Below, piece after piece: positions 57,601 through 64,000 of a DNA stretch of 64,000 nt. The stretch's first letter is position 1; every line of letters starts with the position of its first letter. The position numbers were made by a program, and so were the translations under genes. This DNA comes from the human T2T-CHM13v2.0 reference genome, Homo sapiens, in NCBI RefSeq assembly GCF_009914755.1, contig NC_060940.1. One strand, 5' to 3'. The notes beneath the pieces are model-generated. The model was not told where the DNA came from and made no database searches. It saw only the letters and a program-made list of their open reading frames with translations.

Positions 57601-60600
57601 TGATCCCATTCGAGTCCATTCAGTGATTCCATTCGTTTCCATTCCATGATGATTCCATTCCTTTCCATTCAATGATTCCATTCGATTCCGTTTGATGATG
57701 ATTTCATTCGAGTCCATTTGATGATTCCATTTGATTCCATTCGATGATGATTCCATTCGAGTCCATTCGATGATTCTATTCGAATCCATTTGATGATTTC
57801 TTTTGATTATATTTGGTGATGATTCCATTGGAGTCCATTCAATGATTCCATTCTATTCCAATCGATGATGATTCCATTAGAGTCCATTTAATGATTCCAT
57901 TTGATTCCAGTCTCTGATGATTACATTCGAGTCCATACGATGATTCCACTCAATTCCATATGATGATGATTCCATTTGATTCCATTCGGTGATTCCATTC
58001 TATTCTATTCAATGGTGATTCCATTCGAGTACATTAGATGATTCCATTCGATTCCATTCAATGATGATTCTATTTGTGTCCCTTAGATGATTCCACATGA
58101 TTCCATTAGATGATGATACTATTTGAGCCCATCCAATGATTCCCTTCGATTCCATTCGATGAGGATTCCATTCGATTCAATTCATTGGTGATTCTATTCA
58201 ATTCAATTCTTTGATTCCATTCCATTCCATTCGACAATGATTCCATTCGATTTCTTTCGATGATTCCACTCGATTCCACTTGACATTGATTCCATTCGAT
58301 TCCATTCAATGATTCCATTTGATTCCAGTGGATGATGATTGCCATCGATTCCATTCGATCACTCCATTCTATTCCATTTGATGATGATTACATTCGATTC
58401 CATTTGATGATTCCATCTGATTCTATTCGAGGATTCCATTTGATTCCATTCGATGATGATTCCATTCGAGTCCATTCGATGATTTCATTCGAGTACATCC
58501 AATGATTCCATTCGAGTCCATTAGATGATTCCATTTGATTCCATTTGAAAATGATTCTACTAGAGTCCATTCAATGACTCCATTCGAGTCCATTCAACAA
58601 TTCCATTCGACTCCATTCGATGATTCCATTCGATTCCATTTGATGGTTCCATTCGAGTCCATTTAATCATTACAGTCGAGTCCATTTGGTGATTCCACTG
58701 GATTTCTTTTGATAATGATACCATTCAATTACATTTGATGATGATCCCATTCAACTTCATTTGATGATGATTCCATTAGAGTCCATTCGATGATTTCATT
58801 CGAGTCCCTTCATTGATTCCATCCGATTTCATTGGATGATGACTCCATTCGAGTCCATTCGATGATTCCACTCGATTCCATTAGATGACTCCATTGGAGT
58901 CCATTTGATTGTTCCATTCGATTCCATTCGATTCCTTTCGAAGATTATTCCATTTGAGTCCATTCGATGATGATTCCATTCCATTCCATTCGATGATTCC
59001 GTTTGATTCCATTCGATGATTCCCTTCGATTCCTTTCTTTGATGATTCCATTCCATTCCATTCAATGATTCCATTCGAATCTATTCCATGATGATTCCTT
59101 TCGATTCCATTCGCTGATGTTTCCGTTCAATTCCATTCGATGATGATTCCATTCGATTCCATTCATTGAGGATTCCATTTGATTCCATTCAATGATGATT
59201 CCGTTCTATTCCATTCAATGATTGCATTCAATTCCATTCAATGATTATCCCCTTAGAGTAAACTCAACGATTCCATTCAATACCATTCGATGATGATTCC
59301 TTTTGAGTCCATTCAATGATTTCATTCAAGTCCATTTGATGATTCCTTTCAATTCCATTCTATGATGATTCCATTCGAGTCCATTCGATGATTCCATTCG
59401 ATTGCATTCGATGATTCCATTATATTACATTCAACGGTGATTCCATTCGAGTCCATTCCATGATTCCATTAGAGTACATTTAATGATTGCTTTGTTTTCA
59501 ATTCGAAGATGATTACATTGGATTCCATTCTATGATACCATTCGATTCCATTCAATGATGATTCCACTCAAATCCATTGGATGATTCCATTCGTGTCCAT
59601 TCGGTGATTTCATCAGATTCCATTCGAGGATGATTCCATTCGATTCCATTCGATGATTCCATTCAATTCCATTCGATGATGATTCCATTCCAGTCCATAT
59701 GATCATTCCATTTGATTTCATTCGATGATGATTCCATTCGATTCCATTCGATGATTCCATTCTATTCCATTCGATGATGATTCCATTCGAGTCCATTCGA
59801 TGATTCCATTCGAGTCCATTTAATGATTCCATTGGGTTCAATTCAATGATGATTACATTGGATTCCGTTCTATGATTCCATTCAATTCCATTCATTGACA
59901 ATTTGATTCCATTCGATGATGATTCCATTTGAGTTCATTCGATGATTCTATTCGATTCTCTTCGATGGTGATTCAATTCTATTATATTGGATGATTCCAT
60001 TCGATTCCATTTGATGTTGATTCAATTCGATTCTATTCGATGATGATTCCATTGGATTTCACTTGATGATTCTATTCGATTCCATTCAATGATGATTCAC
60101 TTCTCGTCCATTGGATGATTCCATTTCATTCCATTCGATGATGATTCCATTCGATTCCATTCGATGATTCCATTTGATTCCATGCGACGGTGAGCAATTC
60201 GATTCAATTCCATGATGATTCTATTTGATTCAATTAGATGATGTTTCCATTCGAATCCATTCCATGATTATTCCATTGGAATCCATTCGGCGATGATTCC
60301 ATATGAGTCAATTCAATGATGATTCCATATGGGTCCGTTCGATGATAATTCCATTTGATTTCATTCGATGCTTCTATTCTATTCCAGTCGATGATGATTC
60401 CGTTGGAGTCCATACGATGATTCCATTTGATTTCATTTGATGATGATTCCATTCGATGATGATTACATTGGATTCCATTCTATGATTCCATTCAATTCCA
60501 TTCGTTGATGATTCGATTTCATTCAATGATGATTCCATTTGAGTTCATTCGATGATTCTATTCGATTCCGTTCGATGGTGATTCAATTCTATTATATTGG

Positions 60601-63600
60601 ATGATTCCACTCGATTCCATTTGATGATTATTCCATTGGAGTCCACTTAGTGAATCCTTTAGATTCTACTCGACGATGATTCCATTCGAGTCCATTCGAT
60701 GATACCATTCAATTCCATTCGTTGATGCTTCCATTCAAGTGCATTCGATGATATCATTCGATTCCATTTGATGATAATTCCATTTGATTCCATGCGATGA
60801 TTCTATTCGATTCCATTCAATGATAATTCCATTCAATTCAGTGATTCCTCTGGACTCCATTTGATGATGATTCCATTCAATGATTCCATTCGATTCTATT
60901 CGAAAATGATTCCATTTGAATCCATTTGATGATGATTCCATTAGATTCCATTTGATGATTCCATTCGATTCCATTCGACGATGATTCCATTCGATTCCGT
61001 TTGATGATTCCATTCTATTCTATTCGATGATGATTCCATTCGATTCCATTCGATGATGATTGGATTCGATTCCATTTGATGATTTCATTTGATTCCATTC
61101 GTTAATGATTTCGATCAATTCCATTCGATGATTCCATTCGATTCCATTCGATAATGATTACATCCGAGTCCATTCGATGATTCCCTTTGAGCCTGTTCGA
61201 TAATTCCATTTGAGTCCAACCAATGATTCCATTCATTTCCATTCAATGATTCCATTCGAGTCCATTTGATCATTCCGGTAGGGTCCATTCGATGTTGATT
61301 CCATTGGAGTGCATTCGATGATTCCATTCGAGTCCATTTTAGGATTTGATTCGAGTCCTTTCGATGATTCCATTCGATTCCACTCGATGATGATTTCATT
61401 CGAGTCCATTCGACACTTCCAATCGATTCCATTTGATGATTCCATTCGAGTCCAATTGATGATTCCATTCAATTCCATTCGATGATGATTCCGTACGATT
61501 CCATTCTGTGATGATTCCATGTGATTGCATTCAATGATGATTCCTTTCGATTGCATTCGATTATGATTCATTTCGTGTTCATTCTATGGTTCCACAGGTT
61601 TCCATTCGTGTCCATTCCATTATTCCATTCTATTCCATTTGATGATGATTCCATTCGATTCCATTCATTGGTGATTCCACTCAATTCCATTCAATGATTC
61701 CATTCCATTTCTTTCAACAATGATTCCATTAGTTTCTAATCGATGATCCACTTGATTCCATTTGACGACGATTCCATTCTTGTCCATTCGATGATTCCAT
61801 TTGATTCCATATGATGATGATTCCATTCGATTCCATACCATGATGATTCCATGCGAGTCCATTCAATGGTGATTCCATTCAATTCCATTCGATGATTCCT
61901 TTCGATTCCTTTCGATGATGATGGCATTCGATTCCTTTCAATCATTCCCTTTGATTCCATTCAAAGGTGATTTCATTCAAGTCCATTCGATAATTGCATT
62001 CGATTCCATTCTATGATGATTCCATTCGAGTCCATTTGATGATTCCATTCAATTCAAGTCAATGATGATTCCATTCGATTCCATTCGATGATTCCATTGG
62101 ATTCCATTCGATGATGATTCCATTCAAATCCATTCGATAATTCAATTCAAGTCCATTCGATGATGATTCCAATCGAATCCATTCAAAGATTCCATTCAGT
62201 TCCATTCGATGATTCCCTTAGATTCCATTCGATGATTCCACTTGATTGCATTTACGATGATTCCATTCGATTCCATGTGATGATTCCATTCAATTCTATT
62301 CAATGATGTCTCCATTTGATTCCATTCGACCATGATTGCCTTTGATTCCATTCAATGATTCCATTCGGTTCCGTTTGATGATGATTCCGTTCGATTCCAT
62401 TTGATGATTCCATTTGATTCCATTGGATGAGTCCATTCGATTACATTCGATGATTATTCCATTCGAGTGCATTAGATGATTCCATTCGAGTCCATTCGAT
62501 GATTCCATTCGATTCCATTCGATGTTGATTCTGTTCAAATCCATTCGATGATTCCACTCGATTCCATTCGTTGACTCCATTTGATCCCATCCGATGATTT
62601 CCTTTGATTCCCTTTGATGATCATTCCATTTGATTCAATTCGGTGATTTCATTTGATTCCATTCAGTGATGTTTCCATTCGACTCCATTCGATGATGATT
62701 CCATTCGACTCCATTCGATTATTATTTCATTCAATTCCATTCGATAATGATTCCCTTCGAGTCCATTCGATGATTCCATTCGATTCCATTCAACGATGAT
62801 TTGATTCGTGTCCATTCGATGATTCCATTTGATTCCACTTGATGATGATTCCATTCGAGTCCATTTGATGATTCCATTCAATTCCATACTCCGATGATTT
62901 CTTTTGAGCCCACTCAATGCTTCCACTCGATTCCATATGATGATGACTCCATTCGATGAAATTCGATGATGATTCCATTCGCTTGCTTTCGATGATGATT
63001 CCACTTGAGTCCGTTAGAAGATTCTATTCAATTACATTCCATGACGATTCCGTTCGAGTCCATTTGATGATTCCATTAGACTCCATTCGACGATGATTCC
63101 ATTCGATGTTATTCGATGATTCCATTCGATCTCATTCGATGATGATTCCATTCAACTCCATTCGATGTTTCCATTCGAGTTCATTCTATTATTCCATTAG
63201 ATTCCATTCGATGATGATTCCATTCGATTCCATTTGATGATTGCATTCTATTTCATTTGATGATGATTCCATTCGAGTCCACTCGATGATTCCATTCGAG
63301 TCCATTTAATGAATCCATTGGTTTCAATTCTATGATGATTACATTGGATTCCATTCGTTGATGATTTCATTCGGTTCCATTCAATGATGATTCCATTCAA
63401 TTCCTTTCAATGTTTCCATTCAATTCCATACCATGATGATTCCATTTGATTTGATTCGACAGTGAGCCATTCGATTCAATTCCATGATGATTCTATTTGA
63501 TTCAATTGGTTGACATTTCCATTCGATTCCATTCGATGATGATTCCCTTTGATTCCGTTCAACGATGATTCCATTCTAGCCCATTCAATCATTCCATTCG

Positions 63601-64000
63601 ATTCTATTCAATGATGATTCCATTCATGTCGATTTGGTGATTCCATTTGACTTCATTTGATGATGATTCCTTTCAAGTTCATTAGATGATTCCATTCGAT
63701 TCCATTTGATGATGATCCCATTCGAGTCCATTCAGTGATTCCATTCGTTTCCATTCCATGATGATTCCATTCCTTTCCATTCAATGATTCCATTCGATTC
63801 CGTTTGATGATGATTTCATTCGAGTCCATTTGATGATTCCATTTGATTCCATTCGATGATGATTCCATTCGAGTCCATTCGATGATTCTATTCGAATCCA
63901 TTTGATGATTTCTTTTGATTATATTTGGTGATGATTCCATTGGAGTCCATTCAATGATTCCATTCTATTCCAATCGATGATGATTCCATTAGAGTCCATT
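54623..64000 (+). repeat. Homogeneous canonical 6112-bp units (one complete, 54623-60734, plus a partial copy)
   Basis: All compared markers and ORFs repeat at exactly +6112 (55003/61115, 56551/62663, 57541/63653) with identical translations. Confidence 0.96.

Larger units (their letters stand above)
1..64000 (+). repeat. Human satellite 2 (HSat2/HSATII) pericentromeric tandem array, CATTC strand on +; probably the HSat2B subfamily (chr16q11.2-type)
   Basis: Continuous CATTCGATTC / GATGATGATTCCATTCGA / CATTCGAGTC motifs with frequent TCGA (TaqI) and GANTC (HinfI) sites. The ATG insertions that distinguish HSat2 from pure (CATTC)n HSat3 are present throughout. The subfamily and chromosome call rests on the 6.1-kb period and on recall, and is less certain (~0.75). 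Confidence 0.98.

Noticed and set aside
449-63940. Very many minus-strand ORFs of 60-193 aa (MESSNGIEWNH-like)
   Set aside because: These are translations of the GAATG/ATCATC repeat. The minus strand supplies many ATGs and few stops, while the + strand is full of TGA. They overlap in several frames, are low in complexity and are freely frameshifted between copies. I used them only as positional markers.
1-64000. CRISPR-like array of short repeats
   Set aside because: No constant repeat separated by unique spacers and no cas genes; this is contiguous degenerate satellite.
1-64000. HSat3, alpha satellite, CENP-B boxes or telomeric repeats
   Set aside because: Pure CATTC runs are short (about 3 copies), ATG-containing 23/26-mers dominate, there is no 171-bp period, and TTAGGG occurs only as isolated hexamers.

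Overview
The whole 64 kb is one uninterrupted array of human-type classical satellite 2 (HSat2/HSATII), built from diverged CATTC pentamers in 23/26-bp CATTCGATTCCATTCGATGAT(GAT)TC-like monomers. The CATTC strand is on + throughout. I see no genes, RNA genes, transposons, CRISPR arrays or inversions, and every listed ORF is a translation artefact of the repeat. The higher-order period is exactly 6112 bp at both ends of the window, which fits what I recall of the ~6.1-kb HSat2B unit of the chr16q11.2 heterochromatin block (not verified). Between ~6.5 and ~52 kb the array is rearranged. The landmark TCAAGTGCATTCGATGATATC starts at 449, 6561, 10669, 23324, 29418, 33499, 38006, 42136, 48237, 54623 and 60735, giving unit lengths of 6112, 4108, 12655, 6094, 4081, 4507, 4130, 6101, 6386 and 6112 bp. 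The main observation is that the single 12,655-bp unit contains both the 6.1-kb unit and the 4.1-kb variant as collinear subsets, so it may be a relic of the parent from which both arose by deletion. I found no evidence for a new coding or enzymatic system. The interest here is structural and evolutionary. Breakpoints were located by eye and are approximate to within tens of bp.
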